The notes under the pieces were generated by a model. It saw only the letters and a program-made list of their open reading frames with translations, ran no database searches and was not told where the DNA came from. From contig NC_092379.1 of assembly GCF_030028105.1 (NCBI RefSeq), forward strand, positions 21,119,309 through 21,183,308: a DNA stretch of 64,000 nucleotides, read 5' to 3'. Source of the stretch: Mobula birostris (lineage: Eukaryota). Below, in pieces: positions 38,001 to 50,999 of the stretch. Position numbers and translations under genes: made by a program. How positions within the stretch are numbered: position 1 is the first letter of the stretch; each line of letters starts with the position of its first letter.

Positions 38001-40224
38001 CCCATCAATTCGTTGTTGAGGTGGATGCCTCTGATTGCAGTCCTATCCCAACGATCAAGATCAGACGAAAAGCTTCACTCCTGCGCCTTCTATTCTCTCC
38101 GACTGTCCCCCGCCGAGTGGAATTATGACGTGGGGAATTGGGAACTCCTGGCGGTCAAACTAGCATTGGAAGAATGGAGGCACTGACTGGAGGGGGCAGA
38201 ACAACCGTTTGTGCTGTGGACTGAACATAAAAACCTGGGGTATATTCAGACCGCCAAACGTTTGAACCCCCGCCAGGCCCGTTGGGCATTAGTTTTTTGG
38301 ACGGTTCAAGTTTTCCCTCAATACTGTCCAGGGTCCAAGAACGAGAAGCCAGACGCGCTCTCACGCCAATACGACTCCAAGGAGGACACTTCTTGCCCAG
38401 GGACTATCCTCCCAGTATCCTGCGTGGTTGCCACCCTCACTTGGGAGATCGAGTCTAAAGTAAAGGAAGCCCAGCGGGACGACCCCGACCCCAGCAATGG
38501 ACCCAGCAATCGCCTGTATGTGCCCGTTTCCATCAGGTCTCAGGTTCTCCAATGGGGGCGCACATCTCAGTTTGCCTGCCACCCCGGGAGTGATCGGACC
38601 CTAGCGCTCCTGAAAAAAACACTTTTGGTGGCCGCCCATGCGGGCGGATACCCGTTCCTATGTCTCGGCCCGTTCCATCTGTGCCCGGGGAAAAGCCTCT
38701 CATTGGCCACCTGCGGATTTACTTCGTCCTCTATCTGTCCCTGGTCACACATTGCCCTCGACTTCGTCACCGGTCTACTACCCCCTTCACATGGAAACAT
38801 CACCGTACTCATTGTGGTTGACCAGTTCTCCAAGGCGGTGCACTTTGCAACCCTCCCTAAACTCCCTTCTTCTCAAGAAACCACAGATCTCCTCCTCCTC
38901 CACGTCTTCCGCCTCCATGGAATCCCTGCGGACATTGTTTCCGATCGAGGTCCCCAGTTCATCTCGCAGGTATGGAAGGCCTTCTACCAGGCCTTAGGTG
39001 TATCGGTCAGCCTGTCATCCGGCTTCTACCACTGGACAAACGGGCAGACGGAACGGGTCAACCAGGTCCTGGAGGTGACGCTACGCTGTGTAACGGCAAA
39101 CATCCTGTCGATCTGGATCAATCACCTCCCATGGGTTGAGTACGTCCACAACTCTCTGGTAAGCTCTGCCATTGGGAGGTCTCCATTAGAGTGCTCCCTA
39201 AGGTATCAACCCCTGCTGTTCCCTGCACAAGAATAGGAGATTGCTGTACTGTCCGTTCAGGACCATGTTGACTGGTGTCTTAAGGTTTGGGAGGAGACAC
39301 GCATGGCCCTACTCAGATCAGCAAATCGCAATAAGAAAACGGCGGACCGACACTGGACTCCAGCGCCTGAGTACCAACTGGGGCAGATGGTGTGGCTTTC
39401 GTCCAAGGACATCCCGCTCAAGAATGAGCCTAGGAAACTCACCCCTCGCCTCCTGGGACCATTCAAGGTCGAAAGTGTTATCAATCCCGCAGCGATCCAC
39501 CTAAAATTGCCAAGATCTATGTGCATCCACCCAACTTTTCATGATTCCCAGTTAAAGCCAGTTTCCGTCATCCCCTTGTGTCCCCCGGCTGAGACTCCCC
39601 CACCTCCCCATATTGTCGACAACCATCCTGCATACACTGTCCAATGACTACTGGATGTGCGCTGTCGGGGCAGGGGTTTCCAATACCTGGTAGACTAGGG
39701 AGGGTACGGTCCAGAAAAGCGTTCCTGGGTCCCCCGCTCCTTCATCCGAGACCCTTCCCTCATCCAGGACTTTCATCGGGACTATCCAGACAGGCCTGGA
39801 GGATCACCTGGAGGCTCCCGTTGAGGGAAGGGTACTGTCATAGTCGCTTCTGGCAATCCCCCACCTTGCTAGTTACCTCAGGAATTGGGCATCAATCCCC
39901 TTGTTTAATTTCCAATCATTCCCAGGTTCCACTAACTACACACACCTGCTTTCCATCAGAAAATACAGGATAACGATCCTGTGATCACAACAAGGAGCTG
40001 CCAGTTTGTTGGTCGACTCCGGTGCGAGTAACCTCATTTCGTGGTTCTTAGGACTGTCCGTTCTAAGTCTAGTATCGCTCCTGGGTTCTCTCCAAACCCA
40101 AGACTCCGGGTAAAGACTCTCCTGGATACCGATTCCATGCTCGCTATGGCAATAATGCCTCCTGACTCTGTCTCCGTGCCCGTGTTCTGCACTTGGGTTC
40201 ATCCACCACCACGCCCATGCAACA
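35087..40224 (+). mobile_element. Tf1/sushi-group chromoviral Gypsy LTR retrotransposon, full length but decayed
   Basis: LTRs at 35087-35481 and 39836-40224. PPT gagggaagggtac. Gag (PEPYAGELGRCWAFLLQC), protease (ALVNSGAEGN), RT ([16 protein letters not shown]), integrase ([13 protein letters not shown]) and chromodomain (YTVQ*LLDVR...QYLVD). Confidence 0.92.
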
Positions 40225-41700
40225 TTACGTAGCTTTAGGTCTTTCAGCTTGTTGAACACCTTCTCTCTTGTAATTATAACTGCACCCACTTCTCTTCCTT
40301 AACACACTACAACATCAGGCATACTGCTAGTGTCCTCCACAGTGAAGATTGATGCAAAGTATCTAGTTCATCAGCCATCTCCTTGTCCCCCATTATTATT
40401 TCTCCTGCCTCATTTTCTTGCGATCCTAAATCCACTCTCATTTCTCTTTTATTTTTAACATACTTGAGAATATTTTACTATCCACTTTGATATTATTTGC
40501 TAGCTTGCTTTCATATTTCATCTTTTCCTTCTAATGATCTTTTTAGTTGCTCTCTGTAGGTTTTTAAAAACTTTCCAATCCTCTATCTTCCCACTAATTT
40601 TTGTTTTGTTGTATGCCCTTTCTTTTGCTTTTACAATGGCTTTGACTTCCCTTGTCAGCCATGGTTGTACAATTTTACCATTTGATTATTTCTTCAGTTT
40701 TGGAGTACGTGTCCTGCACCTTCCTCATTTTTCCCAGAAACGCACGCCATTGCTGCTCTGCTGACATCCCTGCCTGCAGCTCCTTCCAATTTACTTTGGC
40801 CCACTCCTCTATCATACAACTGTAATTCCCTTACTCCACTGAAATACTGCTATATCGGACTTTACTTTATTCCTATCAAATTTCAAGTTGAACTCAATCA
40901 TATTGTGATCACTGATTCCTGAGGGTTCTTTTACCTTAAGCTCCCTAATCGCCTCTGGTTCATTACAAAACACCCAATCCAGTACAGCTGATCCCCCAGT
41001 AGGCTCAGCTGCTCTGAAAAGCTATCTCTTAGGCATTCAACAAACTCACTCTCTTGAGATCCATTACCAACCTAATTTTCCCAATCAACCTGTGTTAAAA
41101 TCTCTCATGACTATCATAACATTGCCCTTTTGACTTGCCTTTTCTAGTTCCTGTTGCAACCTGAGGTCCACCTCTCAGCCACTGTTGGGAGGCCTGTATA
41201 TAACTGCCATCAACGTCCTTTTACCCTTGCAGTTTCTTAACTCAACCAACAAGGATTCAACATCTTCCGATCCTATGTCACATCTTTACATTGATATGAT
41301 GCTATTCTTTACCGGTAGAGCCACACCACCCCCTCTGCCTACTTTCCTATCCCTCCGATATAACGTGTAACCTTGGAAATTCAACTCCCAACTACAACCA
41401 ACCTTCAGCCACAACTCAGTGATGGCCGCAACATCATACCTAGCCGTCTGTAATATTACGACAAGATCATCTACATTGTTTCTTATACTACGCGCATTTT
41501 GAGTACCGTATTTGCTATCCTTTCTGATTCTGCATCCCTAAAGATTTGATACTCAGCCTGTTTGGTGCAACTACATCCCATCACCTTCCTGCCTTTCCTA
41601 ACAGTCTGACTGCACGCAATCTTCACTTTTTTACCATCTGTCCTATCCTGAATCCCTTCACTCTGGTCCCCACCCTCCCTAACAGCTGTAACAAACCTGC
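40225..41700 (-). mobile_element. CR1 endonuclease and ORF1-end fragment
   Basis: Reverse strand reads LKSDGLHL and endonuclease motifs. Confidence 0.75.
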
Positions 41701-41849
41701 CTGCGAGAATATTAGTCACCCTCGGGCTCAGGTGCAAGCCGTCACTTTTGAGCAGGTCATACCTACGCCAGAAGAGATCCCAGTGGTCCAAGAACCTGAA
41801 GCCCTGCCGCCTGCTGGTTGTGGATTACAGCAGGAATGGAGGCAGGCTA

Positions 41850-43510
41850 ACCACTATTGACATCAATGGATCTGGGGTTGAGAGGGTAAACAGCTTTAAG
41901 TTCCTCAGCACCCACATCACCGAGGACCTCACGTGGTCTGTACAGACCAGCTCTGTGGTGAAAAAGGCATTGCACGGCTTCTTTCACCTCAGACGATTGA
42001 GGAAGTTTGGTATGGGCCCCCAAATCCTCAGAATCTTCTACAGGGGCACAATTGAGAGCATCCTGACTGGCTGCATCACCGCCTGGTAGGGGAAGTGTAC
42101 CTTCGTTAATCGCAGGACTCTGCAGACAGCCCAGCACATTTGCAGTTGTGAACTTCCATGATTCAGGACATTTACAAAGAGAAGTGTGTGTAAAGGGCCC
42201 ATAGGATCATTGGGACCTGAGTCACCCCAACCACAATCTATTCCAGCTGCTACCATCCAGGAAACTGTACCGCAGCATAAAAGTCAGGACCAAAAGGGTC
42301 TGGGACAGCTTCTTCCACCAGGCCATCAGACTGATTAACTCATGCTGATCTGAGTGTATTTCTATGTTTCATTGACTGTTCTATTTATTATAAATTACTG
42401 TGATTGCCCATTTCACATTTAGACAGAGATGTAACACAAAGATTTTTACTCCTCATTGTATGTGAAGGACGTAAGAAATAAAGTCAATTCAATTCAATTA
42501 TCAGCCATGCATTTATCTGCCAGATCATCCTGTTTCTACCCTCACTGACGTGTGGCACAGGCAGCAATCCAGGAATTACTACCCAGGAGGGCCTGCTTCT
42601 CAGTTTTCTACCTACCTCTTTCAATTCTCTTTTCAGAATCAGAATCAGGTTTATTATCACCAGCATGTGATGTGAAACTTCTTAACTTAGCAGCAGCAGT
42701 TCAATGCAATACATATTCTAGCAGAGAAATAATAATAAATAAACAAGTAAATCAATTATGCATATTGAATAGATTTTTTAAAATGTGCAAAAACAGAATT
42801 TCTGCATAATTAAAAAAAAAAGTGAGGTAGTGTCCAAAAATGCAATGTCCATTAAGGAATCGGATGGCAGAGGGGAAGAAGCTGTTCCTGAATCGCTGAG
42901 TGTGTGCCTTCAGGCTTCTGTACCTCCTGCCTGATGGTGAAAATGAGAAAAAGGCATGCCTTGGGTGCTGGGGGTCCTTAATAATGGATGCTGCCTTTCT
43001 GAGACACTGCTCTCTAAAGATGTCTTGGGTACTTTGTAGGCTAGTACCTAAGATAGAATTGACTAGATTTACAACCTTCTGCAGCTTCTTTCAGTCCTGT
43101 ACAGTAGCACCTCCATACCAGACAGTGATGCAGCCTGTCAGAATATTCTCCATGGTACAACTATAGAAGTTTTTTGAGTGTATTTGTTGACTTACCTAAT
43201 CTTTTCAAACTCCTATAAAATATAGCCGCTGTCTTGCCTTCTTTATAACTACATCGATATGTTGGGACCAGGTTAGATTCTCAGAGATCTTGACACCCAG
43301 GAACTTGAAGCTGCTCACTCTCTCCACTTTTGTCCCCTCTGAGGATTGGTATGTGTTCCTTTGTCTTACCCTTCCTGAAGTCCACAATCAGCTCGTTCAT
43401 CTCACTGACGTTGAGTGCCAGGCTGTTGCTGCGGCACCACTCTACTAGTTGGCATATCTCACTCCTGTACGCCCTCTTGTCACCACCTGAGATTCTACCA
43501 GCAATGGTTG
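41850..43510. mobile_element. Rex1/Babar LINE 3' fragments (+ at 41850-42340, - at 42860-43510)
   Basis: VERVNSFKFLSTHITEDLTWS and YRSEICQLVEWCRSNSLALNV. Confidence 0.78.
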
Positions 43511-43529
43511 TACCTATGTCAATGGTACC

Positions 43530-45580
43530 AATATGTGCCAAGACATCTGGCTGCTCCCCCTCCCTCTCCAAAATGTTTGTGGATGCGATCTAAGTCATCC
43601 CTGACCATGGCACGTGGGAGGCAACATACCATCCAGCTGTCCCGTTCATGTTCACAGGATGTCCTGTCTGTTCTCCTCACTATCGAATCCCCAATCACTA
43701 CCGCTCCCTTCTTCTCTCTTTCTCTTCTGCACCACGGACCCATGGCCAGTGCCTGTAAGCTGGTCGCTGTAGCATTCTCCTGGGAGGTTATCCACCACAA
43801 AAGTATCCAAGGCGGATACACACAGCGGTGCTCTGCTCTAACTGCCTTTTTCCATTTCTCCTGACAGTCACCCAGCTACTCGCCTCCTGCAACTTCGGGG
43901 TGACTACTTCTCGATAACTTTGATCAATTATATCCTCATTCTCCCATACAAGCCGAAGGTCATCCAGTTGCTGCTCCAGATCCCTCACATGGTCTTCGAG
44001 GAGCTGCAGCCGGATGCACTTCACGCAGATGTAGTTCCCCAGGAGACTCTGGGTCTCCCACGACTCTAACATCCGGCACGAAGAACACACCACAGCCATT
44101 TAAATAGTACAGCAAGAGATTGTAAGCCAAAGCCTCCTGTCGCTTCTACTCTTGCCACTGGCCTACTCCCAACAATGGCCATTCTGCTTATACCTTCTGT
44201 ACTTTTATTTAGTTCGTAGAGCTCCGTTGATGCCACTGATAGGCCGCGTACAATCTTCTAGTCCTCTTAAAATGAATGTTGATAACGCATTTGCCTTCCT
44301 CACCGCTGACTCAACCCGCAAATTAACCTTTAGGGAATCCTGCACAAGGACTCCCAAGACCCTTTGCACCTCATATTTTTGAATTTTCTCTCCACATAGA
44401 AAATAGTCTACCCTCTTATTTCATTTACCATAGTGTATGCCCAAACCCTTCCCGACATTGTATTCCATCTGCCACTTCATTGCCCATTCTCCTAATCTGC
44501 CCATTCTGTAGCCTCTCTACTTCCTCAAAACTACCTGCCCCTCCACTTATCTTCATATCATCGGCAAACTTTACAACAAAGCCATCAATTCCATCATCCA
44601 AGTGATTGACATTACATGTTCAAAGAAACAGTCCCAACACAGATCCCTGTGGAACACCACTAGTCACTGGCAACCAAATAGGAAAGGCTCCCTTTCTTCC
44701 TACTCTTTGCCTCCTGTCAATCAGCCACTTTATCCATGCGAGTGTCTTTCCTGTAATACCATTGGATCGTAACTAGTAAAGCAGCCTCATACATGGCAGC
44801 TTGTTGAAGGCCTTCTGAAAATCCAAGTACACAACATCCACCAATTCTCCTTTGTCTATTCTGCTTTGTATTTTGTTGAAGAATTCCAACAGATTCGTCA
44901 GGCAAGATTTTCACTTGAGGAAACTTTGCTGACTGTGGCCTATTTTATCATGTGTCTCCAAATACTCCAAAACCACATCCTTATCAATTGACTCCAACAT
45001 CTTCCCAACCATTGAAATCAGACTAACTGGTCTATAATTTTCTTTCTTCTGCCTCTTTTTTTCTTGAAGAGTGTAGTGACATTTGCAATTTTCCAGTCTT
45101 GCAGAATCATTTGAGAATCTGGTGATTCTTGAAAGATCATTACTAAAGTCTCCACAATCCCTTTAGCCACGTCTTTCAGAACCTGGGTGTAGACCATCTG
45201 GTCCAGGTGATTTATCTACCTTCAGACCTTTCAGTTTCTCAGGACCCTTCTCCCCAGTAATGGCAGCATCTCCCACTTCTGCCCCCTGACTGACTTGAAC
45301 TTCCAGCATACTGCTAGTCTCTTCCACAGTGAAGCTTGATGCAGAATCCTTATACTGTTTATCGACCATTTCCTTGTCCCCAATTACTACCTCTCCAGCA
45401 TTGTTTCCCAGTGGCGTGATATCCACTCTCACCTCTCCTTTACACTTCATGTATCTGAAGAAACTTTTGGTATCCTCTTTAAAACTTTTGTGTTCCATCT
45501 TTTGCTTCTTTAAAACCCATTTCATTGCCTTCTGGTGTTTTTTTTTTTAAATCTTCCCAATCTAACTTCCCACCAATATT
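43530..45580 (-). mobile_element. CR1 ORF1 and ORF2 fragments
   Basis: CSSCRMLE...CVKCIRLQ, AVVIGDSIVR, and RT pieces. Confidence 0.8.
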
Positions 45581-45699
45581 TGCTCTTTATATTAACTTCC
45601 TGCCAAAGACATTGGGTTTACTAATCTATAGTTCCCGACATTTTAATTTTATTTGCAGCCCTTCTTAAATAGAGGTACAAAATTAATCATGCATATCCT

Positions 45700-47900
45700 G
45701 TCTGTCCCAGAAAATGTCTGAAAAGTCCAGAGAACTGAATTCCTGCTCCCTGTGCAAGGTCGCAGCAATGTACAATATGTCCACTCCCTACAATACCATC
45801 TATTTTAGTGTCACTTGTCATCTAATACTCGGGAATATGGGATCGATTCCAATCAGTGAGAGGACTCCTTCATCCAGGTATCAGCAGTCATTGGACAAAG
45901 CCCCAGGATAACATTCAAAGGAACAATTCTTAGTCCATCTCCAGAGAAATGCCCCCTTATTCAGTGATGTGTGAAAATATAATTGGATAGGGCTTTGGAG
46001 ACACACACGTTCACATAGTGGGGGAGATTCCAAGCGCAAAAAACACAGTGAGGAACATGGCTTGGATTTGTATGTTAGTCTAGTACACTGGTCTTGGAGT
46101 GTCTCTCCCTTTCACTCTGTGATCTCTCTGCATGCCCTTCCTTGCTTCTTTCTCTCTACCTGACCTTTCTGTCTCTCCTTCCACCTTCTCTAAGCTCATT
46201 TTAGACTTCTCAAACCTCCAATTTGTTGCCACATTTCTCCCTCCCACCCCATTGTGCACGAGGTCAGAAGCTGGCTCTGACAAGCTGCCTGCACTTTGTC
46301 CAAACTGACTGTCAGAGCCGTTAGCTGAGAGAGAGAGACAGACAGATGCAGAGACAAAAACAGGAAGCAGAAGACAAAGCTGTTACTATGAGCAGTGAAG
46401 AGTGTAAAATATACTGGAGGACTGGCAGCATGTACTCACAGAGGGAAAGAAGGAGAGGGCAGGCCAGTGTTGAGAATCGACATTCCCAGAGGGGAGCAGA
46501 GGCCAGTGGCAAGGTAAGGTCCTCAGTTGTTGCACTTTCTGGCTTTGCAGTTGGCTGAAACGTGAGAGTGGAAGTGAGTCTGGTTGCTGAGCAACAGATA
46601 TGCGAGTGAGAGTTACTGAGAATTTAATCAAGAAGCTGAGTGCGTGATGTTCATACGTGAGTGCAGATCACATCATGGCAGCTGGGATGTTAAAGTCAGT
46701 TCATTAACCATGTAACTCTGGCTTTGAGAAATGAATTGGTGTCTAAGCTCATGACTGATGTGTTTCAGGGAAGGCAATCTGCTGACTTTACCTGGTCTGG
46801 CCTGTATATGTCTCCAGGCCCTCAGTAATGTAACTGACCTTTAACTGCACTGTGAAATGGCCCAGTAATCCACCCAGTTCAAGAGCAGTTGGGATGGGAA
46901 AGAAATGTTGTTCTACTCACATCCCATGAATGAATAACTAAAAGTCATCCACGGTTATGTTGTATCATGACGGATCATCACTGTATTGTCTTTAGATTGA
47001 TCCCATGGGATTGGGATTGATTTTTAATTAAATGGCAATGAAACTAATTTAGTGTTAATAATATTTCATGACTGTTTTACTGTTTATTATTTTATGTAGT
47101 TACGTCACAAGGTTGAATTGTTTCTATGGAAATTCCATTGATAAGTTTTTTCCGTTTGTGTAAAACTGCACGTGATAGAATTCCCTCAGACAGGGCATTG
47201 GGAATGACTCTGTCAATAACTGTATTGATCACTCATGCTGACACATGCACTCCAGGCTATGGGCATGGGGAATCCATTCTATTCTATTCTTGGTTTACAT
47301 TAATCCAGTACCTGTTTATGTTTTCTCTCCTTGTGTGTTTTACCCCAGTGTCTGTTGTAGTTTCCTGCACTGGCATATTTTCTCAAAATGCTCTCTCCTG
47401 CTGACATCACATTAAAACATGTACATGGTCGATCTCCAGTTCTGAGTCACCTGTACTTGTACCAACAGCTCCACACTCTCTGATGGGGGATGCTGCAGGA
47501 TACACAAAGTTTCCTTCAGCTAAACACCGAGCAGGCCAAAGCCTTTGGTCCCCACAGTGAGTTCTGTTCCAGGGCACTGATGCTGTTGAGTCACTTTTCA
47601 GTGATGTGAGAACAGAAATTCAGGCTGACTTGGCTGTTCACTGTCGTACAGAGGGACAGAGCTGCTGCATTTCAGCTGAGACATTGAAGGGAGATTGTGT
47701 GTGCAATGGAGAGGCTCCCGTACCTACGGTTTTATGAGACGGAGTGTGGAGAATTAGGTTAATATGTTGAAACATGAGATTGAGACACTGACTATGAAAC
47801 ATACCACCAATATCTGGCTCTGGGGTGTATAACAGGGTTCTGAGAAACACTTCCAATGAGCCTCTGTGTTTTTTTCAGGAACAGTTTCTTCACCTCTGCA
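45700..47900 (-). pseudogene. Copy 2 of the V-like unit (partial B, C/D fusion, spacer, plus module F on the + strand at 45780-46090)
   Basis: Reverse complement aligns by eye to 32100-32660 and 33230-33690. 45780-46560 aligns to 51100-51860. Confidence 0.6.
46659..46940 (+). mobile_element. DeuSINE-like fragment (same insertion as 33365-33570)
   Basis: agggaaggcaatctgctgactttacctggtctggcctgtatatgtctccagg...cacatcccatgaatgaataa. Confidence 0.62.
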
Positions 47901-48199
47901 ATCTGATTCCCAAATGGACATTGAACATTAAACACTCACTCACTTGTTCAATTTATATTATTTCTGTTTTTTCATGATTTTTAATCTATTCAATATACAT
48001 AATAGTGGAATTTATTTATTTATTTCTTCTTTTATTTTCTGTATTGCATTGAACTACTGCTGCTAAGTTAACAAATTTCACGACACATGCCGGTGATAAT
48101 AAACCTGATTCTAATTCTGATTCTGGATGTTGAACTGACAGATGAATCAATGGGATTGGGAGTAGTGACTGATACCGTCACAGCCCTCCTGATACTGGA

Positions 48200-50620
48200 C
48201 GGTCTTAGCAGTCCTGATGGTTGCAGCCTGGGACATTCAATCATGCCCACAGAACCTCATCTCTGTCCCGCTGCCTGAGGAATCTCCTATCATCACTGCA
48301 TTCCTCTTCACCTCTCTGCTTTTCTGCGCCCCATCACCAGATCAGTGCCAGAGACCCGGTCACTCTGGCTCCCCGCTGGCAGGTCAGCCCCGCAATATTA
48401 TCTGAAGTTAAATACCTACTATTGAGGGGAACAGCCATAGGTGTTCTCTGCAGAAGCTGTCCATTTCCCCTTCTTCGCCTAACATTCACCCAGTTATTTG
48501 TCTTCCCCAACCTCAGGGTAACTACTTCCTTGTACCTCCTGTCGATCACCTCCTCATTCTCCCGTATGAGTTGAAGGTCATTGAGCTGCAGCTCCAGTTC
48601 CTGAATACATTCTCTCAGTTGCTGCAACTCGGTGCACCTGGAGCAGATGTGTTCACATGGGAGACTGGAGTCTCCCAGACTTCCCACATCCCACACAGAG
48701 TGCAAAACACTGCCCCTGGAGCCATTCCTACTAAACTACTATGCCCTAATAGATGAGGAATGAACTAATGGAAACAGAAAGAGAGAAACCTTATGGTCTT
48801 ATGGAAGGTGGAGCAGGACTAAACAGAGGAAATCCATGAGACATAATCTCTCACACACAGAGCCTTGCTCACTAATCCTAATCTACCCCAAGGCCATTCA
48901 GCCCATCAAGTTTGTTTCACCTTTATTATCATGGCTGATCCATTTTCCCTCTCAGCCCCAATTGTCTGTCTGCTACCCATATCTCTTCATACCCTGATTA
49001 ATCAAGAATCTATCAACCTCTCCCTTGAATATGCCGAGACTTGGCCTCCACAGCCGCCTGTGGCAGTGAATTCATCTTCTAAAATAAACCCCTATTTTGT
49101 GAGGCTGTATCATCTGGTCTTAGACTCTCCAGTCATGGGAAACATCCTCTCCATATCCCCTCTTATCAAAGCTTTTCAACATTTGATCGGTTTCAATAGG
49201 TCACCCTTCATTCTTCTGAATTCCAGTGAGCACGTGAAATGCTCATCATGTGACGAGCCTTTCAATCCCAGAATCATTTTTGAGAATCTCCTTTGAACTC
49301 CCCACTATGTCAGCACATTTTTTCTCAGATAAGGGGCCCAAAATTGCTCAGAGTACTCCGTTAGGCCTCACCAGTGCTTTGTAAAGCCTCAACATTACAT
49401 CCTTGCTTTTATCTTGTAGTCCTCTTCAAATGAATGCTGACATCACTTTTGCCTTCCTCACCACCCACTCAACCTGCAAATTAACCTTTAGGGAAGCCCA
49501 CACAATGACTCCCAAGTTCATTTGCACCTCAGATTTTTGAATTTTTTGTCCATTTAGGAAGCAGTCTACCCTTTTATTTCTTCTACCCAAAGTGCATGAC
49601 CATAGAATTCCGACAATTGTATTCCATCTGCCAGTTCATTGCCCATTCTACCAATCTGGCTTCATCCTTCTGTAGCCTCTCTACTTCCTCAAAACTACCT
49701 GCCCCTCCACCCATCTTGTATCATGTGCAAACATTGCAACAAAGCCATCAATGTTATCATCCAAGACTCTGACATTTTATGTTAAAGGGAGCAGTCCCAC
49801 CACCAGTCATCGGCAGCCAAACAGAAAAGGCTCCCTTTATTCCCATTCTTTTCCTCTTGCCACTTTATCCCTGCTACTGTCTTTCATGTAATACCATGAG
49901 CTCTTAACTTGTTAAGCAGCCTCATGTACTGCACATTGTCAAAGGCCTTCTGAAGATCCAAGTACACAATATCCACCAATTCTCCTTTGCCTATTCTGCT
50001 TGATATTTCTTCAAAGAATTCCAACAGATTTCTAAGACAAGGTTTTCCTTGAGAAAACCATGCTGACCACAGCCTGTTTTATCATGTGCCTCCAAGTATC
50101 CGGAAACCACAAGCTTAGCAATCGACTCCAACATCTTCCCAACCCCTGAGGTCAGAATAACTGGCCTACAATTTCCTTCCTTCTGTTCCTCTCCTTCTCG
50201 AGAAGTGGAGTAACATTTGGAATTTTCCAGTCTTCCAGAACCAATCCAGAATGTAGTGATTCTTGAAAGATCATTACTCATGCCTCCACAATCTCGTCAA
50301 CCTAGTAACGGGAGCATCACCCACTCCTGCCCCTGACACTCTCGAAGTTCCACCATACTGCTCGTGCCTTCCACAGTGAAGACTGATGCAAAATACTTGT
50401 TCAGTTTGTCCATCATTTCCTTGTCTCCGATTACCACCTCTCCAGCATCGTTTTCCAGTGGTCTGATATCCATTCTTGCTCTCATTTACAATTTATGTGT
50501 CTGAAGAAACTTTTGGTATCCTTTTTAATATGATTGTCTAAATTACTTTTGTATTCAATGTTTTGACTATTTTTGTAAATTTCTTTCTGCTGTTTGCTGT
50601 TTTTAAAATCTTCCCAGTCT
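48200..50620 (-). mobile_element. CR1 ORF1 and RT fragments
   Basis: HICSRCTELQQL and NCRPVILTS...QHGFLK. Confidence 0.8.
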
Positions 50621-50999
50621 AATTTCTCACCAATTTTGCTCCGTTACGTTAACTTCCTACCATAGATATTGGGTTTTATCATCATTCATTCCCAGCATTT
50701 TATTTTCATTTGTAAGCCTTCTTGAATTGCTGAACTGAACTGAATTCCTGTTCCCTGTGCAAGGTTTTCAGCAGTGTACTAATCTACAATATGCTCCATT
50801 TTCAACCCCACCAGCACATGGCACTGGGAATAATCCAGAGATGACCACTGTTGCGGTCTTACATTTTAACACATTTTCTTTCTCCCTATATTCACTGCAC
50901 AGCGGTACATCCATTTTTTCTGCCTATTGTCATTTGATCCAATGTGTGCAACCACTTCTGTTTGCTCACCCTCCACACTGAGAATGTTCTGCAATCGCT

